In this document: in pieces, positions 48,839 to 59,151 of the stretch
Numbering within the stretch: the stretch's first letter is position 1
Layout: each line of letters begins with the position of its first letter
Source of the DNA: a phage
Length of the DNA stretch: 64,000 nucleotides
Direction: 5' to 3' (one strand)
Assembly (NCBI GenBank): GCA_026066175.1
Contig: GCA_026066175.1_4721.2
The notes under the pieces: model-generated
Databases searched by the model: none
Told to the model about the DNA's origin: nothing
Seen by the model: only the letters and a program-made list of their open reading frames with translations
Made by a program: the position numbers and the translations under genes

Positions 48839-49474
48839 TTACGCGAAGCGACGCATGTAACCTGCCAGGTAACCGCGGGTATCGAAGTAGGCGATTTCTG
48901 GAATGGCGATGTTAAGGTCGATAGCACGGATTTCAACCTGGCGACGGCTTTCATCATAGATCGCATCCATCAGACGCAGTACTGTCAGGAAAGCCATGCG
49001 GGTATGGTAATCCAGCGGCATGTTGTCGATACCGCGATACAGATAGCGGTTGGCATTAAACGCCCCTTCGCTGTTTTCTTTCCAAATCTTCAGCACGTCT
49101 GCAAAGGCGGTACGGAAGACTTCTGGATTATCAACATCCAGCAATGCGCGGAAAGCAGACATTAAAGAACGCTGGTGACGGATCAACGACTGCGGTGTTT
49201 GGGCCATGGTCGGACCCATTTCTTCCGCGTATTTCTCGAACGGCGCAACCAGAGTTGCAGCACGAGAAGCAACGATAGTTAACGCCGGTGATTCAACCGC
49301 AACCTTTTTCACAGGCTGTTCTTCAACCGTTGGTTTTGGTTGTTCAACGGTTTCAGCAACCGGTTCAACAACAGCAGGTTGTTCTTGTTGTTCCATCACC
49401 TCGTTTTCGACAACCGCTTCTTCAGCCGCATTGCCTTGTTTTGCCGCAAAACGTTGGTCTTTATTCTTGGCCAT
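48839..49474 (-). CDS. hypothetical protein with E/P/V-rich N-terminal region (211 aa)
   Basis: ATG start. Confidence 0.7.
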   Translation of the reverse strand: MAKNKDQRFAAKQGNAAEEAVVENEVMEQQEQPAVVEPVAETVEQPKPTVEEQPVKKVAVESPALTIVASRAATLVAPFEKYAEEMGPTMAQTPQSLIRHQRSLMSAFRALLDVDNPEVFRTAFADVLKIWKENSEGAFNANRYLYRGIDNMPLDYHTRMAFLTVLRLMDAIYDESRRQVEIRAIDLNIAIPEIAYFDTRGYLAGYMRRFA

Positions 49475-49499
49475 GTTTCTTTCCTTTCATTTAACAAGA

Positions 49500-50801
49500 T
49501 TAACTGATATAGAGTTCGGGATCATAAGGCGCAAGCGAAACGCTGGCGTTATGCATCGCTTTCATCATTGTGTTCATGAAGACGTTGTTCACGCCGGTAA
49601 TTTCCGCCCCGATCGCATCCGGGGTTGGAGCCATCGCATTACCGCAACAGGTAGCACAGTATTCCAACGGACCTGCTTTACAACGCTGTGGGTCACGTAA
49701 CTTGATGGTTTGTCCTTCCAGTGAAGCTAACAGCTCTGCATCGATGAGCTTAAGCGCAGCACCATCGATCATGTAACGACCTACCAACAACTTGTCTTTG
49801 ATGTGGTCGCGGTTTACCGTAAACAGAATATGTTCTTGAGTACCACAATCATCCATCGTGATTTTCAGGTTCTGTGTTGCACGTTGTGATTCTTTAGCGG
49901 TTTGTCCTGCTAAAGCGGTTAACGCACCACGTGAGAACGAACCCGCACGTGCGCTGTTGTTATACTCAGCCCAGTGGTCAACACGCATACCTTCAGCCAG
50001 GCTATGTGTAATTACGTTACGTTTACCTGGGTCAACGAAGTCAGCTTCAACCCCCATCATGATGTGCGTTTTCTTTCGAGTATTACCGAAACTCTTGCCA
50101 GGGTTAATATAGAACCCTTCTGATTCGTCACCCTTAAAGGATTCTTTATCCATTTTGGTTAACGTGGACTCGAGTTTGATCAGTTCTTCAGGGGTGAATT
50201 TACCTTCTTCCTGTAGACGTGCCAGCTCTTTATCACGATAGGCGATAATGTCGTCATCAACCGTTAATGCTTTATCGCTCATCGATGGAACAATCAAACG
50301 ATTAATCGCGGTTAACGCACTGATGTTGTTGGTGAATTTCTTCACTTCGCTTGCATACAGCGGACCGATTGGACGTTCGTTAGGATCAGGAATTCCCTCT
50401 TCAGGATCGTCAGCGACACGTGGCGCAATCAACGCTTCCAACGTACCGCTGGTTAACCGTCCTGCTTGATACTCGATCTGTATCCCAAAAGCGTCATAAA
50501 GAACGTACATATTAAACAACGCTTCACCGAATGTGGTGGTGGTTGTGTTCTTAACCGATGGAAGATCGCCAGGTGCTAATTCAAGAGGCTCCCAGAAGTT
50601 AAGCAGAGGTTTTGTCGGTTCGGTTTCCCATTGATGTTCTTCACCGTCGATGGTTACGGTAACGATGTTACCTTGACGACGAAGTTTTGGTTGATATTTC
50701 TCAGCACCGCCTTCAGTAAAAGCGAAAGCATCGTTTATCCATTCAAGATAACGGTAATGTCCCTCACGCAACGCGTAAAGGAAATAGTCGCGAGGTGTCA
50801 T
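49500..50801 (-). CDS. hypothetical protein (433 aa)
   Basis: ATG start; C-terminal Cys cluster CKAGPLEYCATCCG. Confidence 0.8.
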   Translation of the reverse strand: MTPRDYFLYALREGHYRYLEWINDAFAFTEGGAEKYQPKLRRQGNIVTVTIDGEEHQWETEPTKPLLNFWEPLELAPGDLPSVKNTTTTTFGEALFNMYVLYDAFGIQIEYQAGRLTSGTLEALIAPRVADDPEEGIPDPNERPIGPLYASEVKKFTNNISALTAINRLIVPSMSDKALTVDDDIIAYRDKELARLQEEGKFTPEELIKLESTLTKMDKESFKGDESEGFYINPGKSFGNTRKKTHIMMGVEADFVDPGKRNVITHSLAEGMRVDHWAEYNNSARAGSFSRGALTALAGQTAKESQRATQNLKITMDDCGTQEHILFTVNRDHIKDKLLVGRYMIDGAALKLIDAELLASLEGQTIKLRDPQRCKAGPLEYCATCCGNAMAPTPDAIGAEITGVNNVFMNTMMKAMHNASVSLAPYDPELYIS

Positions 50802-50812
50802 GTAACAGCTCC

Positions 50813-51685
50813 TTAACCCTGGGCAGGATCGCCGTGACGTGAGACGAATTCGGATAACGCACGTAGCGCTTCTTTTGATTCTTCAGCCATCGGGAAGTTT
50901 GTCGTAATAAGCTCACGCAAGATAGGAAGGACGGCAGTATCATCGAGATCCGACGCCAGTGCGAACGCGATCAGCTCTTGCGTGTATTCATACGGTTGTT
51001 GTCGTATCGCCGCAAGCTGGCCGCGGCATTGCGTCATCAGTAAGTCAAGGGTAACACCAACCGTACCACCTTCTTCAAGGTACTGCTTAAAGACAGGCGG
51101 ATACATACCATCCAAAACACGAATACGTCGACGGATGTTTTCAGGAATATGAACGTTTTCCTCATCGGCGATATTCTCGCTGTCTTTCTCCAGCTTCTTG
51201 GTTAATACTTGCTGAATGCATGGAAGCAAGCTGGAGTGCACGAAACCGATAAGCTGTATCACGTTTGTTGTGCCGGTGCCGTAAATATGACGTGCGCATT
51301 CGGCCAGCGCTTCAGATGCGGTGTAATCTTCATCTTCAACGATCGCCAACAGTAACGCGGTATCGTCATGGGTTTCAAGGTCCAGCAACGTGGATGCCAA
51401 CGCATGAAGATATTTCAAGCTGTCTAATGATAAATGCCCTTCGTTCACCCGAATACCAAAGGCCAGCAATTGCTGTTTGTAAAGTTCGATGCAACCGTTG
51501 GTTAAAATGATGTCTAACTCATTTAGGTCGTATTGTTCATCAGCACCGGATAACATCGTATTGCAGAATGTTTCCAGTTGTTCACATTTAAAATCTTGGT
51601 AAAGACGATGCATGCAGTGCTGTAACAGTGTGTGCCTTGTTTCAGGGATTTTACCTTCTAACAAGGCCAAGACGGAATCAATCAT
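50813..51685 (-). CDS. hypothetical protein (about 290 aa)
   Basis: ATG at 51685 preferred over GTG at 51691. Confidence 0.75.
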   Translation of the reverse strand: MIDSVLALLEGKIPETRHTLLQHCMHRLYQDFKCEQLETFCNTMLSGADEQYDLNELDIILTNGCIELYKQQLLAFGIRVNEGHLSLDSLKYLHALASTLLDLETHDDTALLLAIVEDEDYTASEALAECARHIYGTGTTNVIQLIGFVHSSLLPCIQQVLTKKLEKDSENIADEENVHIPENIRRRIRVLDGMYPPVFKQYLEEGGTVGVTLDLLMTQCRGQLAAIRQQPYEYTQELIAFALASDLDDTAVLPILRELITTNFPMAEESKEALRALSEFVSRHGDPAQG

Positions 51686-51781
51686 ATCCACTCCGGTGCG
51701 GTAAATGTCTACTAGCTCTCATAATCTATTGAAGAAACTACCGGCTGACGCCAACTGAGATTAATTAGGAGTAACCATCCC

Positions 51782-52255
51782 ATGCCAGTTTCATCCAAAC
51801 CAAGAAAGAAATCCACAGCAAAACCGAAAGCTCAAGAAACAACAGCAATTCGTTGGGACGAGTTACGCGAACCTATCGAGAATTGCGAATTGTTGCTGAG
51901 TACCTTAGGTGCAGCGATCTATCAAGCCACGCAACCTTGCCGCTTACGATTAACCCAAAACAAACGTGATGAGTTCGTTGCGTTATCAACCAGCACGAAT
52001 AAAGATCTAACGGAATTACAAACAGAACTGACGACAATCAAGAACTCGATCACGCCGATGTATGGCAAAGAAGTGGATGAACAAAGTATTCTGTTGCAAT
52101 ACAACTACGGGATGTCGTTAATGAACATTCTGGAACGCGCATCCGATATTTTGCGTCCTGATGTTGCACGTCTAAGTCAATTGCGTGTTGAAGGGATGGA
52201 AAACCAAATCAGATTCTCTAACAGTGTTAAATCCCAAGGAGCCGCTGAAGCATGA
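51782..52255 (+). CDS. hypothetical protein with basic N-terminus (157 aa)
   Basis: ATG with upstream GGAG; N-terminal KPRKKSTAKPK. Confidence 0.65.
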   Translation: MPVSSKPRKKSTAKPKAQETTAIRWDELREPIENCELLLSTLGAAIYQATQPCRLRLTQNKRDEFVALSTSTNKDLTELQTELTTIKNSITPMYGKEVDEQSILLQYNYGMSLMNILERASDILRPDVARLSQLRVEGMENQIRFSNSVKSQGAAEA

Positions 52256-53892
52256 GCGAACAAGAAAAAGAAGTCATTAAAGATCAGGCTGAAGACGTAG
52301 CGCGTTCAGAAAGCAATGCTTACGTTTCGCATTCTGAGTCTGTTGGTTCAGAAGAACCTCAAGCATCTGAAGCCATGTACGAGGAAGCCCCAGCGCATCC
52401 GCCACTGATTGATTTCTCAAAAGCAACCATACGGTTCCAGTGTGACGATATTCGTCCGAAGAATCCGAAGAAAACGAAACGTCAACCGTTGATGTTACCG
52501 CTCTATTCACCACGCGTACATACAGCGTTTTATCAGCAGTATATCGCGGATGCGTTGGATACCGTCCAGGACATCATTGCAAACCGTCAACAACCGACCG
52601 AAGAACAATTTGATCGATTCAATAAAGCCGCGATTCAATCGTTCTCTGACGGACAGTATCAGCCGAATGGCGATGCTCAGGATCGTGCATTAGAACGTAA
52701 GGGGAGTCAATGGACGAACGTACCGGTTGACGCTTCCGGCGTTGGACGTGTTATACCGGGTATCCCACAACCGAATCATATCCCCGATGATGTTGAAGCA
52801 CCGCTGACTGGATCGGATGCGATTTATTTCGCTATTCGTAATACGAAATCAGGTGCTCCGGCGGTGATGCCGTTATGGCATAGCGGAATCAAACTGCAAT
52901 TCAACCCACCATCGAATGAACGTGTTGCGATCATGCATGAGCGTATCGCACGCGATAAAATTCTGGGCGGTCGTGATAGTGCTGGATTCTTGTTTTCGGC
53001 AACGTCGATTATCACCATGAAACACGCGATCGAATTAGCTCTCGAATGCTGTTACATGGCCAACGTTCCGAATCTGGATATCCAGCGTTTAAAAGACATC
53101 ATCCCCGTTACAGATGTTCCAGCGCTCTTGTTGAACGTGTTGGTGACCATGTACCCCTACGGCTATCCGTACGTACAGACCTGTTACCAGAATCCAGATA
53201 CCTGTGATTACCGTGTTGAAGATATCGTCAGTTTTGCGAAGCTTTATCAAGTTGACAACAGTGCGATTACAAAACGTATGCGTCAGATCATGACCGAAGG
53301 TCCGGTCATGACGGATGAGCTTTTGCGCGAATACGCGAACGAGCTGGGTGAAACCAATTCCCGTACGTTGGATCTGTCTGATAACGGTTCGGTGATCATT
53401 GAACTTGAAGTCCCGAAAATCTCCCGTCATATCGCCATGGGTGAACGCTGGTTAAGCGATACCTTAGAAGATCTCCGTGATATTCTTTCTCGTCCATCGA
53501 TGACGGAAGAAGAACGTGATCGCGTTATCCGTGAACGTCAGTTCTACAGCTGGATGCGTCAGTACGATGCGTGGATCAAATCCATGCATGTGTCAGTAAA
53601 CGGTACCATGCGTCGTGTAAGCGAAGCAGACACACCGGTCGTATTAGCGCAGTTATCCCGCGACAGCGACTTACGCGAACGTTACATTGACGGGTTGATG
53701 CAATTCATCGGCGATTCAACCATCGCGCTTGCAGCGATGCCTGCCTGGAAGTGTCCGAAGTGTAACGAGGATATTGCGGAGAATCTTCGCGATCAGAAAT
53801 ACTACGACTTGATTGCATTGGATGTACCCCAGCTTTTTTTTACCCTAAACTCCGTCCAATCGCTGAGGGAGGGGATGGACGCGGTATTCTAA
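52252..53892 (+). CDS. hypothetical protein (546 aa)
   Basis: ATG with AAGGAG SD; ATGA overlap with the upstream gene. Confidence 0.8.
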   Translation: MSEQEKEVIKDQAEDVARSESNAYVSHSESVGSEEPQASEAMYEEAPAHPPLIDFSKATIRFQCDDIRPKNPKKTKRQPLMLPLYSPRVHTAFYQQYIADALDTVQDIIANRQQPTEEQFDRFNKAAIQSFSDGQYQPNGDAQDRALERKGSQWTNVPVDASGVGRVIPGIPQPNHIPDDVEAPLTGSDAIYFAIRNTKSGAPAVMPLWHSGIKLQFNPPSNERVAIMHERIARDKILGGRDSAGFLFSATSIITMKHAIELALECCYMANVPNLDIQRLKDIIPVTDVPALLLNVLVTMYPYGYPYVQTCYQNPDTCDYRVEDIVSFAKLYQVDNSAITKRMRQIMTEGPVMTDELLREYANELGETNSRTLDLSDNGSVIIELEVPKISRHIAMGERWLSDTLEDLRDILSRPSMTEEERDRVIRERQFYSWMRQYDAWIKSMHVSVNGTMRRVSEADTPVVLAQLSRDSDLRERYIDGLMQFIGDSTIALAAMPAWKCPKCNEDIAENLRDQKYYDLIALDVPQLFFTLNSVQSLREGMDAVF

Positions 53893-53909
53893 TCGATCCG
53901 CGATACGGG

Positions 53910-54314
53910 TTGCATGATGGACAGCTTCTTCGTCAGGACGAGAAGATCTGGCAATTGTTGTTAGCGCGTAAAGGCGATGGGAGCATGAAGCTGAACATCG
54001 AAATGGGTATTGCTTACGATACCATGTTCGGCATGTATGATCGCGTTAGTGATTGGACACCATTGAAATGGGTGGCTCAGCATCCTGCCGAAGACCCATG
54101 GGATCGATTAGGTATTAAACCCCTAATCGAAGACTATGCGCGATTCGGCATCAAGGAGTTCATGACGCTCGACGCGTTTTTAAAAGCCCCCTATCCCTAT
54201 GCGCAAACGGTGCTCAAAATCGCACAAGACGAATTACGGAAACGTAGTGCGGTATTGGACGATGATGAGGACAAATTACGACGGGAAGAAGAACGTCTAC
54301 GAAACGGAAGATAA
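53910..54314 (+). CDS. hypothetical protein (134 aa), start uncertain
   Basis: Listed start is TTG; first in-frame ATG is 25 codons in. Confidence 0.45.
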   Translation: MHDGQLLRQDEKIWQLLLARKGDGSMKLNIEMGIAYDTMFGMYDRVSDWTPLKWVAQHPAEDPWDRLGIKPLIEDYARFGIKEFMTLDAFLKAPYPYAQTVLKIAQDELRKRSAVLDDDEDKLRREEERLRNGR

Positions 54315-54315
54315 C

Positions 54316-54825
54316 ATGGCAAGATTTACCAGTTTGATTGGGTTGGATATTTGGGAAACGCCTGCTGATGTTCGGGTTATTCCTGTTAACACGGTTGGTG
54401 TGATGGGACGTGGTTTAGCTAAACAAGCCGCGGAACGTGTGCCCGGTCTTCTTGAAGCGTACCGTAATCAGTGTCGTGATGGATTTAAGGTGGGTGAAGT
54501 TGCAACGTATCAAGCTGGGGAAAATGACCATCTCACGTACGTCCTGTTTCCATCGAAAGCGGATTGGCGTGAAAGAACCCGTCGTGAGTATATCATCGAT
54601 GGTCTGTTGGCGTTGAAGACCTGGTTATTAGAGACCCAGTTTGAAAGAGACTGCTTCTCATACCGGAATCTTGCCGAACCCTTGATTGTTGCTATCCCAC
54701 CAGTTGGTTCAGGCTGCGGTAATATCGGTTCTGGACAAACCGAAACAATCCAACCACAATGGGTACGCGCACAAATCAAACAGTATCTTGCCACCGTGCC
54801 AAACGTTCATTTCTACTTGTTCTAA
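54316..54825 (+). CDS. putative macrodomain protein, TARG1/DarG-like (169 aa)
   Basis: ATG at 54316 (the listed 54199 start would overlap the upstream gene). Motifs in order: IPVNTVGVMGRGLAKQ, PSKADW, VAIPPVGSGCGNIGSG. Confidence 0.7.
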   Translation: MARFTSLIGLDIWETPADVRVIPVNTVGVMGRGLAKQAAERVPGLLEAYRNQCRDGFKVGEVATYQAGENDHLTYVLFPSKADWRERTRREYIIDGLLALKTWLLETQFERDCFSYRNLAEPLIVAIPPVGSGCGNIGSGQTETIQPQWVRAQIKQYLATVPNVHFYLF

Positions 54826-54841
54826 TGCAAAGGTAACATAA

Positions 54842-54873
54842 CCCTCCTCCAACCCGGAAGGGAAGGAGGAGGG
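54842..54873. terminator. conserved palindromic hairpin between convergent genes
   Basis: CCCTCCTCCAACCCGGAAGGGAAGGAGGAGGG with the same flanks as 30153-30184. Confidence 0.6.
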
Positions 54874-54890
54874 AATATGCTGTTATGCTA

Positions 54891-55265
54891 TTAATGTTCG
54901 TTCCAGATGGCATCTTCCGGTGGAACAATAGGATCTTTCTTTGGCATTGATGGCACTTCATGGCGATGCTTACGGAACTGCCTATCAATAACCTCACGAA
55001 GCCGGTACGCATCAACCCATGTTGACTTGTTGAAGAGTTCCAAGGTTACCGTCAATCGTGTTCTCGTCATCGAATAGCTTTTCTTTGCAATGAGATCGGG
55101 ATAATTCAGTTGAGCGAACCATGCACGGATTTGTTCTTCCGTAAACGCGATGCTGTAATAACTGAGTTTACCGTCATTGAAATCATGCGCATGGGTGTAG
55201 CGTCCAGCGTAACGCCAGACAAGATGCACATTCAGATCTATCCATGGTGGGGTGGTATCAGCCAT
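54891..55265 (-). CDS. hypothetical protein (124 aa)
   Basis: ATG start. Confidence 0.6.
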   Translation of the reverse strand: MADTTPPWIDLNVHLVWRYAGRYTHAHDFNDGKLSYYSIAFTEEQIRAWFAQLNYPDLIAKKSYSMTRTRLTVTLELFNKSTWVDAYRLREVIDRQFRKHRHEVPSMPKKDPIVPPEDAIWNEH

Positions 55266-55274
55266 GTGTTACCC

Positions 55275-55844
55275 TCAACGATTCTTCATCACTTTACCCA
55301 GGCTTTCGATATTATCCCAAAAGCGATTTTTACTTGGCGCATCGCCGACGATAACCGACATCAAATCGCGACGTTCACGACTGATGATGCCCTGTGATTT
55401 CCAGATCACCATCGTCCAGCAAGCTGCCAGAACGAACAGATGGTTGATGCTTGGTTTGGTTTGCGCAATGAACGCAAGCCATGCCCAGATACCGGTATAT
55501 ACTAATGTCACTAAAAAGAGAGATATTGTCGCAATGACCACAACGAAGTTTTGGACAGCGGGTTGATTAGCGTTATCCTGAATAGCGGTAAGATCGGGAA
55601 GATTACCTTCAACTGAACTCGTTTCATCAATTTCCAATTCTTCGATTTCTTTTCGTGTGTCAGGAGCTAATCCAGCATCATCGAGATGCTTTTTTAACCG
55701 CTGTATGCTTAATCGTTGACCGACAGGAATGTTGATGTTGTCGTAACTATTAAGCGCATCGACCAGGGAACGACCGTCCACCAACACCAAACTCGCGGTA
55801 CCCATCGTTTGCGGTTTTATTTTGTAAAGGTCTTTTACTTTCAT
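55275..55844 (-). CDS. predicted membrane protein, two C-terminal TM helices (189 aa)
   Basis: Hydrophobic segments VVVIATISLFLVTLVYTGIWAWLAFIA and LFVLAACWTMVIW. Confidence 0.7.
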   Translation of the reverse strand: MKVKDLYKIKPQTMGTASLVLVDGRSLVDALNSYDNINIPVGQRLSIQRLKKHLDDAGLAPDTRKEIEELEIDETSSVEGNLPDLTAIQDNANQPAVQNFVVVIATISLFLVTLVYTGIWAWLAFIAQTKPSINHLFVLAACWTMVIWKSQGIISRERRDLMSVIVGDAPSKNRFWDNIESLGKVMKNR

Positions 55845-55865
55845 GTAGCCACCACCTCCAACGTG

Positions 55866-58478
55866 TTATGCGTCTGGTGTAAAATCAAAAGGAATGTCCA
55901 TACGAATGATATCATAACGTTTTCCTAGGAAATAGAACTCTTCGGGAACCTGACCGGGAATGATGCTATCACCGATGAACTGCGGATACGCCCAGATGTA
56001 CTGAGTGAGTCCTTCGAACATATCCAGGTTATTTGCGTGGTTACCCATGATGCGTTTCCAGAGTTCGCGTTTATACGGTGTTTTAACATCGAACCCATAA
56101 AGCGGTGCAAGATCTTCACCAGGAACAAATCCCAGGTAATAGTGAATCTGGTTAACTGGGAAACCAAGCGTATCTCGCGGAATGGTGATCGCTTGCTCAG
56201 CCTTGGTGACATGTGTCTCAATAATCCAGTCATAGCACTCTGAATAGAACCGATCGAATTTCTCTGGATTATACCACGCTTTGGGAAGATTGAGTTTCTC
56301 CGTGAATGCATTCGACATGATCGTCGGCAAGAACGGAAGAACACCGGTTTTGATCTGCGTGTATTTCGATTTTACCCGGTTAACCAGATTCCAGCAACTG
56401 TATCCTAACTGTTCGTTACAAAACTCAACGTAGAGATCGTAGTCGCCACCGGATAACGGGTTGTTAATATCACCGATGTCTGCGGCATATTTGTCAGGAT
56501 ATTGGTTATTGAAAGCCAGTTTGGTTTGGTAGTCGTAGATACACGGTTTGTTGTTCGCCGTGTTGATCCACCACCAGGGTTCACCTACTTGTACACAAAT
56601 GTCCTGGACATGAGGATAGATGATATCAGCAAATGCTGTTAACACATCCCCTAACCACGCCATCGCATATTGGTTACACGGAGACAGCAACCAAGACGGC
56701 GGCGTGTATCCGGTTGCTGCGATATTCCCTTCCCAATCTTGCTGTGCCCACTCGAACGGACACGCTGTACTCATCAATTCGTAACTTAAACTGATGGTTA
56801 CAGAGAAATGGTGTTTTGCAGCGAGTGCGGCGAAAGCTTCATGCCATGCAATACAGGGCGGATTTAATACATCCGTGGTGTTCACCAGTAGCTTACCCGC
56901 ACTCGGCGTCCAGACGGTGTCGTAGAAATGCGACATTCCAACATAGTGTACTAATTCATCCTGATATCCCGCATACACCAGGTTCTCGAACACGCGTTCT
57001 GGCGTGATGTTATAATGGTCATCATAAGCGGTTATCGCACGAAGTTCGTGTGGTGCGCAGTGGTGACGATTAACGGTCATTTCCTGATACACCCCATCGA
57101 TAGGAAGAATCTCGATGGTTAAACCGAGGTCGATCGGTGTTTCCAGATAGGTCGTTTCAGTCGCATCTTCCTTATAATGTCGAGAACTCATGCTGAACAT
57201 CAACGACGTTACCGATTCAAGTTCGATGGGCTCGTCAGCATAGAACCCCGCCATTGCGTCATTAAAATCGATCGTCACGGTCGCGCTTGTACCGTCTTCA
57301 GAGACGTCTGTCGCATATCGGGTTAATGAGATATACTGACGGCTATCGTCTTTGTGTACGACGGTTAAAACCGGCGGGTTTTCGGTATCCGCAAAGTTAC
57401 GCTGATCGCCGGTAAACGTGACCTTTGCTTTAAAGATCAAACCGAGTAACGACGTCATGGGATCATACGCGATACAACCGTGATCCAGCGTATCCGTTGT
57501 CCGCCATTCTACCCCGACCAACCCGTTAGCGGTATGACATCGCATATACGCGTTAAGAACCATGTCTTCACTGACGACCGCGAAGTTCTCTGTTGATTGA
57601 CCGTTGATAATCCAATACATCGGTTGCCAAAGATTGCGAGTACCTTTTGCATAGCGGTAGGTTGGTGCACCTTTGGGGTTGCCATTATTAAGATGAAATA
57701 CGGCAGTACCTTGATAATGGTCGTTCGTATTAATCGGAACACTGTAAGCATCACCGAGATCCGTACGTTCCACCTTCGTAATGGCTGCGTTTTCAAACAA
57801 CCCACGTAGCGCTGGTAAACCGATATCTGCAGGTGCGTTTTCACGACGTATCGCATCGGCAATACGATGAGCTAAGGCTGGGTAAATGACTTCACCTTGT
57901 TGCAGGTTCGCAAGCCCCGCAAAGCGATCGGGATCGATACCGGCAATTAACAACTCGATATCACCTTTCGTTCTATCGTCGTGAAGATATTTCAGTCCGG
58001 TAAGGTCGAGATGTTGAATAAGCGACAATAGGTTGTATTTACGGTTTTCGACGGTTAGTTCGAGATCGCCTGCCCAGACCAGACTTTCGTCATCGGCTGT
58101 TAAAGTAACGGTTTGTCGACCTGTGATGGATGTCGTCGTTATCTTATTTAATTGCTCTTGCAGGAAGTCTGTTGCAAGGTCAAAGGCAACGCCGTAGCGA
58201 TCGGCGACAGTTTGCATGATTTCACGTAACTGGGTATCTTCTTCAATGATAACCTTGATGGGTATTCCCAAGAACGCTTTAGCGAGGTCCCGTTTAACCG
58301 TCGAGACAAACACGGATTTGTAATATCGGCTTCCATCTTTCCCTTTAAAAAGAATGGAGGTTGTTTCGGGTGACGATAGAACACGTGCAAATTCAACATC
58401 GTCGAAGGTAAGAGAAAGTCCGTTTTTCTCGTTGGTCAATCTTAGTATTTCATTCTGCGCGGTTTCATGTAACTTCAT
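55866..58478 (-). CDS. virion protein with fibre-adaptor-like N-terminal module (870 aa)
   Basis: N-terminal 150 aa paralogous to the 63370-63897 product (KRDLAKAFLGIPIKVIIEE vs RRDIAKAFLGIPIKIVLES; LVWAGDLELTVEN vs MVWRGQLDLTVTN). Confidence 0.85.
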   Translation of the reverse strand: MKLHETAQNEILRLTNEKNGLSLTFDDVEFARVLSSPETTSILFKGKDGSRYYKSVFVSTVKRDLAKAFLGIPIKVIIEEDTQLREIMQTVADRYGVAFDLATDFLQEQLNKITTTSITGRQTVTLTADDESLVWAGDLELTVENRKYNLLSLIQHLDLTGLKYLHDDRTKGDIELLIAGIDPDRFAGLANLQQGEVIYPALAHRIADAIRRENAPADIGLPALRGLFENAAITKVERTDLGDAYSVPINTNDHYQGTAVFHLNNGNPKGAPTYRYAKGTRNLWQPMYWIINGQSTENFAVVSEDMVLNAYMRCHTANGLVGVEWRTTDTLDHGCIAYDPMTSLLGLIFKAKVTFTGDQRNFADTENPPVLTVVHKDDSRQYISLTRYATDVSEDGTSATVTIDFNDAMAGFYADEPIELESVTSLMFSMSSRHYKEDATETTYLETPIDLGLTIEILPIDGVYQEMTVNRHHCAPHELRAITAYDDHYNITPERVFENLVYAGYQDELVHYVGMSHFYDTVWTPSAGKLLVNTTDVLNPPCIAWHEAFAALAAKHHFSVTISLSYELMSTACPFEWAQQDWEGNIAATGYTPPSWLLSPCNQYAMAWLGDVLTAFADIIYPHVQDICVQVGEPWWWINTANNKPCIYDYQTKLAFNNQYPDKYAADIGDINNPLSGGDYDLYVEFCNEQLGYSCWNLVNRVKSKYTQIKTGVLPFLPTIMSNAFTEKLNLPKAWYNPEKFDRFYSECYDWIIETHVTKAEQAITIPRDTLGFPVNQIHYYLGFVPGEDLAPLYGFDVKTPYKRELWKRIMGNHANNLDMFEGLTQYIWAYPQFIGDSIIPGQVPEEFYFLGKRYDIIRMDIPFDFTPDA

Positions 58479-58500
58479 TGAAAACCTCTGCCCTTTAGAA

Positions 58501-59142
58501 TTAGATGTACTGCTTACCGCCCACGAAGGACGTTAGCCAGTTCCCGCTGACGAGCTGTGACGCCCAACCTGGAACAGCTTTACCATTCTGGCTCATGATG
58601 TTACCACACCAACCAGGGAATCCGGGACGGATGTAATAGAAAGTTAAATTGTAGAGATGGCAATTCCATACCGCAACGTTATGTTTACCAGAAACCGCTT
58701 TAAAGACAAACGCGACAGGTAAAGGAGACGATAACAATTCGGTCACAGGGACAGCTGACCAGTTCGCATTCGCGTTCCATGGTTGCCATGTATGGCTACG
58801 CGAGTCGCAATATACGTTACCGTTGCTACCGCGTCCGCCCGCGTTCCACCAAAGCGATGGACTCATGTTCTTAAGTGATGTAAATTGCTGCGGTGGGATA
58901 TTCGGAATGATGACAGGGTTAGTACCTTGTCCATGTTTCTTTTCTTTTGCGTTCACATATCCGTTTATCGATTCAAGGTATTTAGTACCAGGATAATTGT
59001 TCTGGACTTGTGTTGCAATATCACGAACGTCGAACGTCCAGCAGATCATGGTGTTATAGTAAGCGTCGGTGTTGTCGTACCATGCGTTACCATCTTGTAA
59101 ACGTGCGCCGCTATTCGGTGTTTTATCTGTGCTTATAGCCAT
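58501..59142 (-). CDS. hypothetical protein, paralog of 59152 gene product (213 aa)
   Basis: C-terminal 40 aa nearly identical between paralogs (GFPGWCGNIMSQNGKAVPGWASQLVSGNWLTSFVGGKQY). Confidence 0.75.
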   Translation of the reverse strand: MAISTDKTPNSGARLQDGNAWYDNTDAYYNTMICWTFDVRDIATQVQNNYPGTKYLESINGYVNAKEKKHGQGTNPVIIPNIPPQQFTSLKNMSPSLWWNAGGRGSNGNVYCDSRSHTWQPWNANANWSAVPVTELLSSPLPVAFVFKAVSGKHNVAVWNCHLYNLTFYYIRPGFPGWCGNIMSQNGKAVPGWASQLVSGNWLTSFVGGKQYI

Positions 59143-59151
59143 GGTGTTGTC

